This document shows, piece by piece, positions 50,463 to 58,656 of a DNA stretch of 64,000 nucleotides. How positions within the stretch are numbered: position 1 is the stretch's first letter; each line of letters starts with the position of its first letter. The notes below the pieces were generated by a model. The model did no database searches and had not been told where the DNA came from. It saw nothing but the letters and a program-made list of their open reading frames with translations. Source of the stretch: a virus; IMG/VR virus record IMGVR_UViG_3300045988_138661; one strand, given 5' to 3'. Position numbers and translations under genes: made by a program.

Positions 50463-51649
50463 TATTTATTCAAACCCTATAAGAACTCATTATCTTGCGC
50501 GGACTCCTATTCTTTAAATTCCTCAAAGTCCGCGTAATCACTATCTTTAATAGTTTTTTCAAGTTCTTCAATACTTAAATCAGCATCATCAACGATATCA
50601 CTTTCCACGTTCTTTGCTTTCTCTTCATCTTCTTTAGCATTTTCGCGTAAAGCCTTTTCTACCATTGTGCTAATATTAGTTTCATCTTCAATAAGAGTGC
50701 GAGTATAACGTTGCATATCTTGAATAGTTAAATCCACTTTATCATGTGGCTATTCAACATAATATCTTTCAATATATCCTTCTTTTTCACACAATTCAAT
50801 TAATTCACCAATTGAATCAACAAATTCACCTGATTCTGCTTTATTTTGAGCAGCGGTAAATTTACCAGACTTCATTAAGCTATCGTATACTTTGCTCATC
50901 TTTTGGAAACCTTCAATATCACCAATATCGATCAATTGATTTGCCTTTAAAGATGTCTTACATATTAATTTTAGCGTATCTTTGTGTCCGGCACCTTGAA
51001 TATCATAAGAAGCCATCATTTCTTCATACAACTATTCAAGCTTAACCCATTCTTCAGGCTTATAAGTTTTGCCCCATTTAAGTCTTAAATAAGTGCGGTC
51101 TTCATCAGTTAAATCTAATTCTTGTTCCACTTCACCACTCTATTGTGCGAAATAATCTTCCGTAGGAGCATTAGGTGGTGGAGCATAAACCGGCTCTTTT
51201 AGTTCTCCTTCTGGAATAGCGATAGAACTTTTTTCAATAGCAGTTGCAATCTATTGAGCGTCATATCCTTGGCGTTTCATAGTTTGCTCTAATTTATTAT
51301 TTGCCATCTACTGTAAAAATTCTGTATCTTTCCAACGATAATCTTTAAACTATTTGAGTTTCATTTTTGACAAATAACGTCCAAGAATTGTCATACCGGT
51401 CATAGACTGCGGATCGCGCCCATATTTTTCCATTAATTTATTCCATTCGTCTGGGACATAAGGAACATCCGCTTCTTGTAAAATCCATAAATAAGTATCT
51501 GGATTCCAATTATCGACGTGCATTGTCATACATTTTTTGCACACAGGGAATTTACCATCATTAGGATATTTTTCTAAATTATTAGATGAATAAAATTCCG
51601 TGCCATTCATTGTGCGGTTACATTTTTCGCAATAATATGTTTCAGCCAT
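50462..51649 (-). CDS. Protein with an N-terminal zinc ribbon (CEKC...CKKC) and an acidic C-terminus, 395 aa, with 6 TAG. Possible terminase small subunit or DNA-binding protein.
   Basis: ORFs 51350..51649, 50750..51031 and 50507..50737 share one frame. All intervening codons were hand-checked (TAG only). TAA at 50464-50462 overlaps the terminase ATG (TAATG). SD aaggagaatatcttatttATG. Confidence 0.45.
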
Positions 51650-51698
51650 AAATAAGATATTCTCCTTTCAATTATTTATTATAAACAAAAGGACAATA

Positions 51699-52754
51699 TT
51701 AAGATTTTTTGGCCTTAGAATTTCGACAACTTTTACAAATACTATAAAAGCCATCTTTACTTGTTTTATTTTTACTAAAATATTTATTGTGAGCTAATTT
51801 TATTTTGCCACAACGACTACATTTTTTATATTTACCTTTTTCAACATTTAAATAATAATTATCTAAGTATTCATCTTCCGCAGTCGAAGCAATTAATTTT
51901 GGAATTTTATTACGCCATAAACTTGAAATATATTCAAGGCTGTGCTTAATACCAAATTCCATTTGTATTTTCTCTTGAATGTCAATATTTTGTAAACCAT
52001 CAATTTTATATTCAACGATTCTATCATAAAGAGGATAATTAGCTAAAGCTTTATCACAAAGTTTATCAAAATCCTCCATTAAATACCATAAATCTTTATC
52101 ATATTCGCCCCAACTATCTTGCTTTAATCGGGAATAATTACATAAAATCGCAGAACATATCTCAGGTCTTAATAAACTAATTCCATCAGGAATGGGAAAA
52201 CCATCATCATCAAAAATAAATGTTTCATCATCTAATGGAATATAAGACTTTGATCTGGTTAATTTTGTAGGCACTATTGGACGACGATAAGCATTTTTTA
52301 TAACATACTAATCTTTACGCATTTCAATAAGAGCCTTTTTAATAACAAAAGCATCTTTACCTTCTGTTACTTTTAATTTAGCCTCCCAAACATTAATGGC
52401 TTCTCTTAACTAATTTAAACTTGGTATCTCTTCTAAATCTTTTTTTGTAATTGTAATATGTGGTTGAAATATTGTATTTCTATTATCTGTAATTAAATTA
52501 TAAATTCCATCTTCGCCATTTTCGAGTTGGGAAACAAGACCTTCAAAAGAAGTCTCACGTTTATTAACTGTAGCCATACGATTATCAGTTAATAATTTTT
52601 TCTCCTTTTTTTCTTGTTTCTCCATACAAAGAACCAAATAGTCTGCTAAAATTTCTAAATACTTTTCAGGCGGATCTGGATTATCAGCCAAAATTTGTTC
52701 GACTAATTGATTTCTTTCTTCTGGAGTTTGTAAAGAATAATCAAGTTTTATCAT
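51699..52754 (-). CDS. Hypothetical protein, 351 aa, with a C-terminal zinc ribbon (CSRCGK...CKSCRNSK) and 2 TAG. First gene of the leftward arm.
   Basis: ORFs 52410..52754 and 51699..52274 share one frame; the gap was hand-checked. SD ggaggtaaaaaATG. TAA at 51701-51699. Confidence 0.45.
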
Positions 52755-52946
52755 TTTTTACCTCCAGTCTATGTTTATATTATACTCGAAAAAATTTTTT
52801 TTGTCAAGTTTCATTTAAAAATTTTTCTTTTTATATTTAAAAATTTTTTTAACAAAACAAATAACTTTTGCCCAATCACGCCCTACGATTTGACATTTTT
52901 TATTTTTTATTTTATTATTATTATAAGAAAAAGAAAAGGAGTATTT
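52755..52946. promoter_or_regulatory. Divergent promoter region separating the leftward recoded arm from the rightward standard-code arm.
   Basis: Minus strand: TTGACA-N18-TATAAT then SD. Plus strand: TTGACA-N17-TATTAT then aaaggag and ATG at 52947. Very AT-rich. Confidence 0.5.
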
Positions 52947-53339
52947 ATGGAAATTATTTTTATTGTATTATTGAGTTGTGCGTTAGTAGTATCCCTCCTT
53001 TTTTTATGGTTATACAGAAAAGCCTTTTGGGTATTATACCAAAAAATGGCAAATCAGCAAAAAGAATTAAATAAATGGCCAATCGCGCAATATGAGTGTA
53101 TGTTATTATTAAATATATTTTATAATTATGACTTTGAGGGAAGAGCAGTAGATTTTTCGCGATATGAAACGCAAGGACTAATTGTTTATAATTGTTTTCA
53201 TGAAGCGAAAAATAGTCCAAAAGGAATTACAAATGATGGAATTGTTTCATCATTTTATAAACAAGCATTTGTATATGAATTAGATGATGGAACATTTGAA
53301 TGGGAGGATATTGAAAATGGGTCGGAACCAGCCTTTTGA
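52947..53339 (+). CDS. Small membrane protein, 130 aa (N-terminal TM helix IIFIVLLSCALVVSLLFLWL).
   Basis: ORF track frame. ATG at 52947 has SD aaaggag. Confidence 0.55.
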   Translation: MEIIFIVLLSCALVVSLLFLWLYRKAFWVLYQKMANQQKELNKWPIAQYECMLLLNIFYNYDFEGRAVDFSRYETQGLIVYNCFHEAKNSPKGITNDGIVSSFYKQAFVYELDDGTFEWEDIENGSEPAF

Positions 53340-53712
53340 AGTAAGAGGAATAGATGCGGTAATATTTAGATTAGAACAAGAATATTCTAACGCAACAAGA
53401 GATAAAGATCCTTTTGTAAGAGATTGGAAATTATTTAAAACAATACGTATTGAGAAAAAGGATAATGGGTCAAGAACAATTACTTACAGACCTTTATCAG
53501 ACGCGGAAAAGGCTCAATTAAGCACCAAAGAAGAACAAGAAGAATATCAGTTAAACAAATACAAATATGTATTAGAGCACTTAATGGAAAAATATGATAT
53601 AAATACTATTAATAGATATATTGATAGTTGTAAATATAAAGATAAATTAATTGAATATATTGAGAAAAAATTAAATGCGGAAACCACTCAGCCCTTTGAA
53701 GGCAATTGCTAA
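53317..53712 (+). CDS. Hypothetical protein, 131 aa.
   Basis: ATG 53317 with SD gaggatattgaaaATG, overlapping the previous gene end. Confidence 0.5.
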   Translation: MGRNQPFEVRGIDAVIFRLEQEYSNATRDKDPFVRDWKLFKTIRIEKKDNGSRTITYRPLSDAEKAQLSTKEEQEEYQLNKYKYVLEHLMEKYDINTINRYIDSCKYKDKLIEYIEKKLNAETTQPFEGNC

Positions 53713-53802
53713 AAAGTGTCAGCAGAAAGTCACTTATTCTGTTACTTCTGGATTATACACTCTTATGCAGGGTGAGAAACCTAAAAGAGGTAGAAAAAAG
53801 AA

Positions 53803-53920
53803 ATCATGATTTGAAATTAAAAATTGATTTGTTGTTTTAACCGTATTCTGAAATTGAAAATTGATTTAGATAAATTTAAATTATTCTTCGTGATTTGAAA
53901 TTGAAAATTGATTTAGATTG
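53803..53920. repeat. Three direct repeats of about 25 bp (core GAAATTGAAAATTGATTT), spaced about 42 bp apart. Iteron-like.
   Basis: tgatttgaaattaaaaattgattt / ctgaaattgaaaattgatttagat / tgatttgaaattgaaaattgatttagat, inside a 570-bp non-coding stretch. Confidence 0.6.
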
Positions 53921-54092
53921 CGTTTTGACCACGCAAAAGGAAAAACACAAATAAAAAAAAATTTTTTCCCGAAATACACCCCCGCCCTATAAGGTTCTAA
54001 CTTGTTTATTCTCTGAGAGTATACCAGCCTTACTCTCGCTCTTTTGCGGAACGCAAGACCCCATCCCGCATAAATGCCCCGGTAAACGTTGC

Positions 54093-54135
54093 TCGGCTCG
54101 CTGGCGGTAGTGGCGAGCCGAGTTTTATAAAAATC
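54093..54135 (+). terminator. GC hairpin plus U-tract (ctcggctcgc tggcggtagtg gcgagccgag ttttat); copy E of the GC-hairpin module.
   Basis: 10-bp stem. Followed by TTGCACAAA..ATGCACAAA and a promoter. Confidence 0.5.
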
Positions 54136-54289
54136 AGCAGTTTGCACAAATTTCTCGCCGAAACTTCGTCATAATGCACAAACATCAAAATGCCCGAAAC
54201 TACGCCATCACATTTGGGTAAAATGACTATTGACAATCCAGTAGCCATGTGCTATACTTGTATCATCAAAAAGAAAGAGGTAAATCAAA

Positions 54290-54655
54290 ATGAAGAACAT
54301 TTCCAAAATCATCACCATGGCCATTGCTATCATTCTCTCCGTGTCTTTCTTTGGCCCGTTCCACGACCACACAACCGCGGAAGCCTGTGAGGAAGCGCCC
54401 CAGTCCTACGACCTCTCGGTCATTGAGAATTGGTGCGGTTCAGGCACGGAGCGCGGAAGTATCCGTTTCGTCGGCGCAGAGGTCTATGAGCGCGAGGGCG
54501 ATACACTGACGCTCATTGATGAGCAAGGCAATCTGTGGGACGTGGAAGCACTCAACATTGATGACAACGACTTCTTGCTCTTGTGGATTAACGACAATGA
54601 CACTGACACTGTGGAAGATGATACAATCATTAAGGTATGGAGAGAGGCTTACTAA
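54290..54655 (+). CDS. Secreted small protein, 121 aa, with a signal peptide (MKNISKIITMAIAIILSVSFFGP).
   Basis: ORF track. Promoter tattgacaatccagtagccatgtgctatact. RBS aagaaagaggtaaatcaaaATG. Confidence 0.6.
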   Translation: MKNISKIITMAIAIILSVSFFGPFHDHTTAEACEEAPQSYDLSVIENWCGSGTERGSIRFVGAEVYEREGDTLTLIDEQGNLWDVEALNIDDNDFLLLWINDNDTDTVEDDTIIKVWREAY

Positions 54656-54684
54656 GTCTCTCTCTTTCTTGCGGATCGGCGAAG

Positions 54685-54702
54685 ATTGTTAAAAAATTAA
54701 CA
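54685..54702. promoter_or_regulatory. Perfect palindrome TTGTTAAAAAATTAACAA (operator-like), about 25 nt upstream of a -35 hexamer. Also at 55109-55126, and a variant at 59041-59058.
   Basis: ggcgaagATTGTTAAAAAATTAACAAg and ggcgtagATTGTTAAAAAATTAACAAa are near-identical 27-mers. Confidence 0.5.
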
Positions 54703-54783
54703 AGCAAAGAAGAGTAAAAAACTCTTGACAAATGCGCAATGATGTGCTACAATGTAGATACAATAAGAAAGGGGAATACTCAG

Positions 54784-55074
54784 ATGACTAATAAGAATTT
54801 TTATAATGCTCTCAAAGCAGAAAAGGAACGGTTGATGAACGAAAGCAAGCAGGCATCCCGCGACTGCCAGATTAAGCATGGTGAGATGTCAAAGGCATGG
54901 AACATTGTCAATGCCCTTGAAAGCTTGGGTAAGTTTGGCACGCAGGAACTCAGCAACGCGTATGATAACTATGAGGAAGCCAGCTACGCAAGTATGTTAG
55001 CAGACAACCACTTCGATGACATTGATGAAGCCATTGATAAGATAAATGGATTGATGGGTCTTTACGAAGAATAA
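54784..55074 (+). CDS. Hypothetical protein, 96 aa.
   Basis: Promoter cttgacaaatgcgcaatgatgtgctacaat. RBS aaaggggaatactcagATG. Terminator agggagcagtaatgctccct. Confidence 0.6.
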   Translation: MTNKNFYNALKAEKERLMNESKQASRDCQIKHGEMSKAWNIVNALESLGKFGTQELSNAYDNYEEASYASMLADNHFDDIDEAIDKINGLMGLYEE

Positions 55075-55204
55075 GGGAGCAGTAATGCTCCCTTTCTAAC
55101 GGCGTAGATTGTTAAAAAATTAACAAAGATTTTTCTCAAAAAGGTCTTGACAAATCAGTTAGAATGTGGTATTCTATAATCACAAAGGGAAAGGGGAAAG
55201 AAAA

Positions 55205-55414
55205 ATGATTTATGGCATTGTTTATTATACTAAGGGCGGTCAGGGCTATCTCTTCCAGCAAGCGTTCGAAGAACAGCGCGCTATGGAGATTGCAGGTAAG
55301 ATGAACGACTTACTCGCGACAGGTGCTACGATGTATAATGATAAGTCCTATGGCAAGCTCGACTTGCGGAACGTTGAGTATTTCACAGTTGAACCCAGTA
55401 GCGAAATGTATTAA
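55205..55414 (+). CDS. Hypothetical protein, 69 aa.
   Basis: Promoter cttgacaaatcagttagaatgtggtattctataat. RBS aaaggggaaagaaaaATG. GC hairpin plus T-tract terminator follows. Confidence 0.55.
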   Translation: MIYGIVYYTKGGQGYLFQQAFEEQRAMEIAGKMNDLLATGATMYNDKSYGKLDLRNVEYFTVEPSSEMY

Positions 55415-55599
55415 GGGCGGGAGCGGGCTCCCCGCTCTTTCTCTTGCGCCGTGGGGCGCGTGTAGAGCGTCCCAGCCCGAACTTTATCACAGTAAAGCAT
55501 TAAAGCAAAATTTTTTCCATTTTTTGCCAAAAACCACTTGACATTCCTATCCCGAAATGCTATAATAGTATCATCAAAAGAAAGAAAGAGGTAAATCAA

Positions 55600-55722
55600 A
55601 TGTCTATTCACGATGGTCTTGTTCTTCTCGCTATCTATGTTGGTGTTATCGGCGCGGGCGCGCTCATCGAATACGTGGAGCACCGCGTAAAGAGAGCGGT
55701 TCATCGCAGAAAGAGAAGTTGA
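55600..55722 (+). CDS. Hydrophobic micro-protein, 40 aa (MSIHDGLVLLAIYVGVIGAGALIEYVEHRVKRAVHRRKRS): one TM helix plus a basic tail.
   Basis: Own promoter (cacttgacattcctatcccgaaatgctataat), RBS and terminator (agagaagtt gaaaa aacttctct ttttttt). Confidence 0.4.
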   Translation: MSIHDGLVLLAIYVGVIGAGALIEYVEHRVKRAVHRRKRS

Positions 55723-55776
55723 AAAACTTCTCTTTTTTTATAAAAAACACTTGACAAATCCAACAGCCGGTGCTAT

Positions 55777-55925
55777 ACTATAATTGTCAAGAGGGGAAGA
55801 GATAAGTTACTTCCCAAAGGGTGTGTGGCAAGTAGCCATTTCCTTTGATAAAACGCTTAGTTGGAGCGACCAGACAGGGCGCGCACTGTCCGCAAAAGTA
55901 GAGAATAAAAAAATTCCAACTTCTC
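55777..55925 (+). ncRNA. Candidate non-coding transcript from promoter 55751-55776; begins UGUCAAGAGG and contains hairpins.
   Basis: No credible ORF (track ORF 55784..56023 runs across the next promoter). Stem gggaag/cttccc and gacag-ggcgcgca-ctgtc. Confidence 0.3.
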
Positions 55926-56104
55926 AAAAAAACCTCTTGACAGACCCCTTAGAGTGTGATACAATAAGGATGTCAAGAGGCAGACAGGAGCGAACAACCT
56001 CTCCCCAATGCGTAGTTGGGTGAAGTAAAACAAAATCTCCCTACCGAACAAAAAAGTTCAAAAAACCTCTTGACAAACCCCTTAGAGTGTGATACAATAA
56101 GGGT
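55924..56104 (+). repeat. Tandem duplication of a 44-bp promoter unit (aaaaacctcttgacaNaccccttagagtgtgatacaataagg) at 55924-55967 and 56061-56104.
   Basis: Near-identical copies. The first is followed by AUGUCAAGAGG..., the second by the tRNA-like element. Confidence 0.6.
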
Positions 56105-56110
56105 ACAGAT

Positions 56111-56222
56111 GGCGGTGAGGTAGAACGGTTCTACTTCCACAAAGATGGCTGAGATACAAAAGTGTCGCTCACTTGGAAACGTTCGCTATTGGAAAATGTG
56201 GGTTCAACTCCCACCACCGCCT
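56111..56222 (+). tRNA. tRNA-like element of 113 nt: 7-bp acceptor stem (GGCGGTG/CACCGCC), D-arm (GTAG-AACGGTT-CTAC) and canonical T-arm (GTGGG-TTCAACT-CCCAC). Has an insertion of about 40 nt in the anticodon region, so either an atypical or intron-containing tRNA, or a tRNA-like RNA.
   Basis: Arms identified by hand. Possible anticodon stem 56136-56140 / 56189-56193 enclosing the insert. The promoter places the TSS about 5 nt upstream. Length is atypical and the anticodon is unresolved. Confidence 0.45.
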
Positions 56223-56302
56223 CAAAATTTTTTGAAAAAACACTTGACAAATCCAAAAGTAGATGTTATAATGTAGATACAATAAGAAAGGGGATAAAAA
56301 CC

Positions 56303-56566
56303 ATGACTACTTACAACATTCTCACTATTGGCCCTTCTCGTGAACCGAAGCTCGCGGGCAAGTTCAACGTTGCGGATACTGAAAACTTCCTTGACCGGTT
56401 AGAGGAAACGCTCTACATTCTCTTTGAATTAGAGCCGAAATCCCGCGAATGGAAACGCGAATTTCTCAAACATCTTTTTGCGGAATTCACTTATCACTTT
56501 TGCGAAGATTCCCGCGTTGAAAAGCAAGGCAACAATATTATCGTTTATGAAGAAAATGAGGGCTGA
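56303..56566 (+). CDS. Hypothetical protein, 87 aa (MTTYNILTIGPSREPK...).
   Basis: Promoter cacttgacaaatccaaaagtagatgttataat. RBS aaaggggataaaaaccATG. Terminator gggctgaaaaagccc plus T8. Confidence 0.6.
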   Translation: MTTYNILTIGPSREPKLAGKFNVADTENFLDRLEETLYILFELEPKSREWKREFLKHLFAEFTYHFCEDSRVEKQGNNIIVYEENEG

Positions 56567-56682
56567 AAAAGCCCTCATTTTTTTTCAAACTTTTTTCAAA
56601 AAACTATTGACATTTACTGCCCTAAGTGGTATTATAATATCAGAAAGGGAAAGGAAAATCCCGAACACCAGAAAGGTTAGCT

Positions 56683-56874
56683 ATGGATACTTTCGAAATG
56701 TATTACGAGAAATTCATGAAGATGCGCAAGGCTGACATTATTCGCGAGGGTCAGACTTGGGATATTTGGGCAAACTGCCAAAGCACTGCCGATAGCCTGA
56801 TGAAGTGGACAAAGCCCGTTCTTGCGAGAGTTCTTGCTGGACGCCTGGACCGTTTGGAAAAGCGGGGCTACTAA
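56683..56874 (+). CDS. Hypothetical protein, 63 aa.
   Basis: ORF track. Promoter ctattgacatttactgccctaagtggtattataat. Terminator agcggggctactaagccccgct. Confidence 0.55.
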   Translation: MDTFEMYYEKFMKMRKADIIREGQTWDIWANCQSTADSLMKWTKPVLARVLAGRLDRLEKRGY

Positions 56875-56959
56875 GCCCCGCTTCTTTCTTGAAAAAAGTT
56901 CTTGACAAATCTCGAATCTATGGTATAATAAGAGTATAAAAGGAAAGGGGATAAACAAA

Positions 56960-57199
56960 ATGACTTTGGACATGATTAAAAATGTAATTGGCACGGTAAA
57001 AGGCGCGCTGATGTTCTATGAGGGGAATGGCGTCGAAGTGATAAACGAAAACACTTGCGGTCGCTATCTCAAAGACCGCAAAGGTCGCATGACTTTGAAT
57101 GGTGATGTGTTAGACGCAAGCGAAGAGTGGGTGCTGGGATTGCCGGTCAGCGATTTGAAAGCCAGAGATAACGTTCTCATTATTTATGTTGATGGCTAA
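56960..57199 (+). CDS. Hypothetical protein, 79 aa.
   Basis: ORF track. Promoter cttgacaaatctcgaatctatggtataat. Terminator atctcccc aaaaa tggggagat plus T7. Confidence 0.55.
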   Translation: MTLDMIKNVIGTVKGALMFYEGNGVEVINENTCGRYLKDRKGRMTLNGDVLDASEEWVLGLPVSDLKARDNVLIIYVDG

Positions 57200-57253
57200 A
57201 ATTAAATTTTTTGAATTAAAAATCTCCCCAAAAATGGGGAGATTTTTTTGTAC

Positions 57254-57440
57254 ATTTTATCTATTGACAATCCCAAAACTTCATGGTATAATCGGCCGGC
57301 GCGCGAACGGACCTGGCGCGCCGAGTTTTTGTCAATAGGCGGGTTGCACAAATTTTTGGGGCAAATCTTTGTGCATAATGTCAATAGACAGAATCCCGAA
57401 TTGGTGCTATACTATAATCACAGTAAGGGAAGGAAAACCT
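57254..57440 (+). promoter_or_regulatory. GC-hairpin module copy A: promoter P1 (TTGACA 57254 / TATAAT 57277), GC hairpin 57283-57315 (cggccGGCGCGCgaacggacctgGCGCGCCgag) plus T5, TTGTCAAT, dyad TGCACAAA-N17-TTTGTGCA, then promoter P2 (TAGACA-N17-TATACT).
   Basis: Read directly from the sequence. Comparable modules at 60790-60960 (B), 62828-63010 (C), 59041-59250 (D) and 54093-54280 (E). Confidence 0.5.
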
Positions 57441-57464
57441 ACCAAACCGGAAAGGGATAACAAC

Positions 57465-57773
57465 ATGATTAACATTCGTTCTATTCTCAAACTCGCTGAA
57501 AATGACGGTCTGACCCTCAAACATGGCAAGAAGGTCAATTACAAGTCCGGCTGGCAGGTCGCCACTAATGGCGTTGAATGTAAGACCGCCCGCGAAGCCA
57601 TTAACGCGGTCAAGGAATATGGCGGCAACTGCGGCGTGTGGTTTGCGAACGGCATTTATTATGTTGACAAGTCCAAGAGGGTGCAGACCAAGAAGCAGGC
57701 GCTTGAAATCGGCAAGGCGTGCAACCAAATCAGTGTATATGGCTGGGCGCGCGGCAATCTGGCTTACTGCTAA
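57465..57773 (+). CDS. Hypothetical protein, 102 aa.
   Basis: RBS ggaaagggataacaacATG. ORF track frame. Confidence 0.6.
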   Translation: MINIRSILKLAENDGLTLKHGKKVNYKSGWQVATNGVECKTAREAINAVKEYGGNCGVWFANGIYYVDKSKRVQTKKQALEIGKACNQISVYGWARGNLAYC

Positions 57774-57851
57774 AAAATTAAATAGAGGGCTTGACAAAAC
57801 AAGCCCTCTATGCTATAATAAAGGCACAATAAAGGAAAGGGAGAAAACAAC

Positions 57852-58121
57852 ATGGAAATTAAATATGCTCACGAAATGGCGGCTATCGCTAAGGACATCC
57901 GCACCGCCAAGCGCGCCAAAGATACTGCTACGGCCCGCGCCTATCTTGAAGAAAACCTGATGAAAGATATTGAAGACCACGCGGAAAAAGGCGAGAATTA
58001 TCTGTCTCGCTGTCTCGTTGCCATTGAAGATGAAGCCGTGAAAGAAGCCTTAAAAAATCTTTTGCGGAATTATGGCTATACAACTTCTTATTCAAACGGC
58101 GTTCTCACCGTAAGGTGGTAA
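57852..58121 (+). CDS. Hypothetical protein, 89 aa.
   Basis: ORF track. Promoter with the -35 hexamer inside the palindrome agagggcttgacaaaacaagccctct. Terminator agagggaaaatttttccctct plus T. Confidence 0.6.
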   Translation: MEIKYAHEMAAIAKDIRTAKRAKDTATARAYLEENLMKDIEDHAEKGENYLSRCLVAIEDEAVKEALKNLLRNYGYTTSYSNGVLTVRW

Positions 58122-58225
58122 GGTAAAAGAGGGAAAATTTTTCCCTCTTTTTCTAAAAAACTTCTTGACAAATCCAAAAGCAGATGTTATAATAAAAGCA
58201 CAATAAAGGAAAGGGGAATAAATTA

Positions 58226-58297
58226 ATGGAATGTCCTTATTGCGATGGAAAGTGCGGAACACATGCTCAATGCGTTAAATGCGGAAAAGGGAAATAA
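58226..58297 (+). CDS. Candidate 23-aa Cys-rich micro-protein (MECPYCDGKCGTHAQCVKCGKGK), a zinc-ribbon-like peptide.
   Basis: Strong RBS aaaggaaaggggaataaattaATG. Four CxxC-type Cys pairs. Confidence 0.3.
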   Translation: MECPYCDGKCGTHAQCVKCGKGK

Positions 58298-58299
58298 AA

Positions 58300-58656
58300 A
58301 TGGGAACGGAATTCTTAATTATTGGCGGAATTTTTAGCGCAGTCCTTGCGCTGTTTGTCTGCCTTGTCTGTTGGTGCCGCATGGAAAAGTCTCACCCAAT
58401 AGTCAGATTGTTAGTTGGTATCCTTATTTCGTGCGCCATCGGTTATGGCATGACGGGCGCGTTAGTCGCAGAACATAATGCCGATAGAAAAGCATGGAAC
58501 AACGGCTATTGCTCCATTTGCGGAAATGAAATGGAATTTGTAAATGCTTCTCATGGTCGGCATGGAACAGTTTATTACTATTGGTATTGCGATGAGTGCG
58601 GTCATACGTTAGAGTTAACTTCTAACTTTGCAAAGGGGGAAACAGATAATGAATGA
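58300..58656 (+). CDS. Membrane protein with two TM helices plus a C-terminal zinc ribbon (CSICG...CDECG), 118 aa.
   Basis: RBS ggaaaagggaaataaaaATG. ORF track frame. Confidence 0.55.
   Translation: MGTEFLIIGGIFSAVLALFVCLVCWCRMEKSHPIVRLLVGILISCAIGYGMTGALVAEHNADRKAWNNGYCSICGNEMEFVNASHGRHGTVYYYWYCDECGHTLELTSNFAKGETDNE

Noticed and set aside
1-52754. Considered a crAss-like (Bacteroidales podovirus) identity because of the TAG recoding.
   Set aside because: The gene order (portal, scaffold, decoration, capsid, major tail, chaperones, an 8-kb tape measure gene), the sigma-70 TTGACA/TATAAT promoters, the strong GGAGG Shine-Dalgarno sites and the AbrB homologue point to a long-tailed phage of a Firmicutes-type host.
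53881-54248. Minus-strand ORFs 53881..54147 and 54030..54248 in the long non-coding region.
   Set aside because: They cover the iteron-hairpin-promoter region with no translation signals. The region is better explained as regulatory or non-coding.
55784-56023. 79-aa ORF starting MSRGEEISYF.
   Set aside because: Runs straight across the duplicated promoter and into the tRNA-like element, with no RBS. More likely a non-coding or leaderless micro-ORF region.
57381-57960. Minus-strand 138-aa ORF (57381..57797) and plus-strand 145-aa ORF (57523..57960), Arg/Ala-rich.
   Set aside because: GC-rich alternative or antisense frames of gene 57465..57773, with no signals. The only plus-strand translation signals (RBS, promoter) point to 57465.
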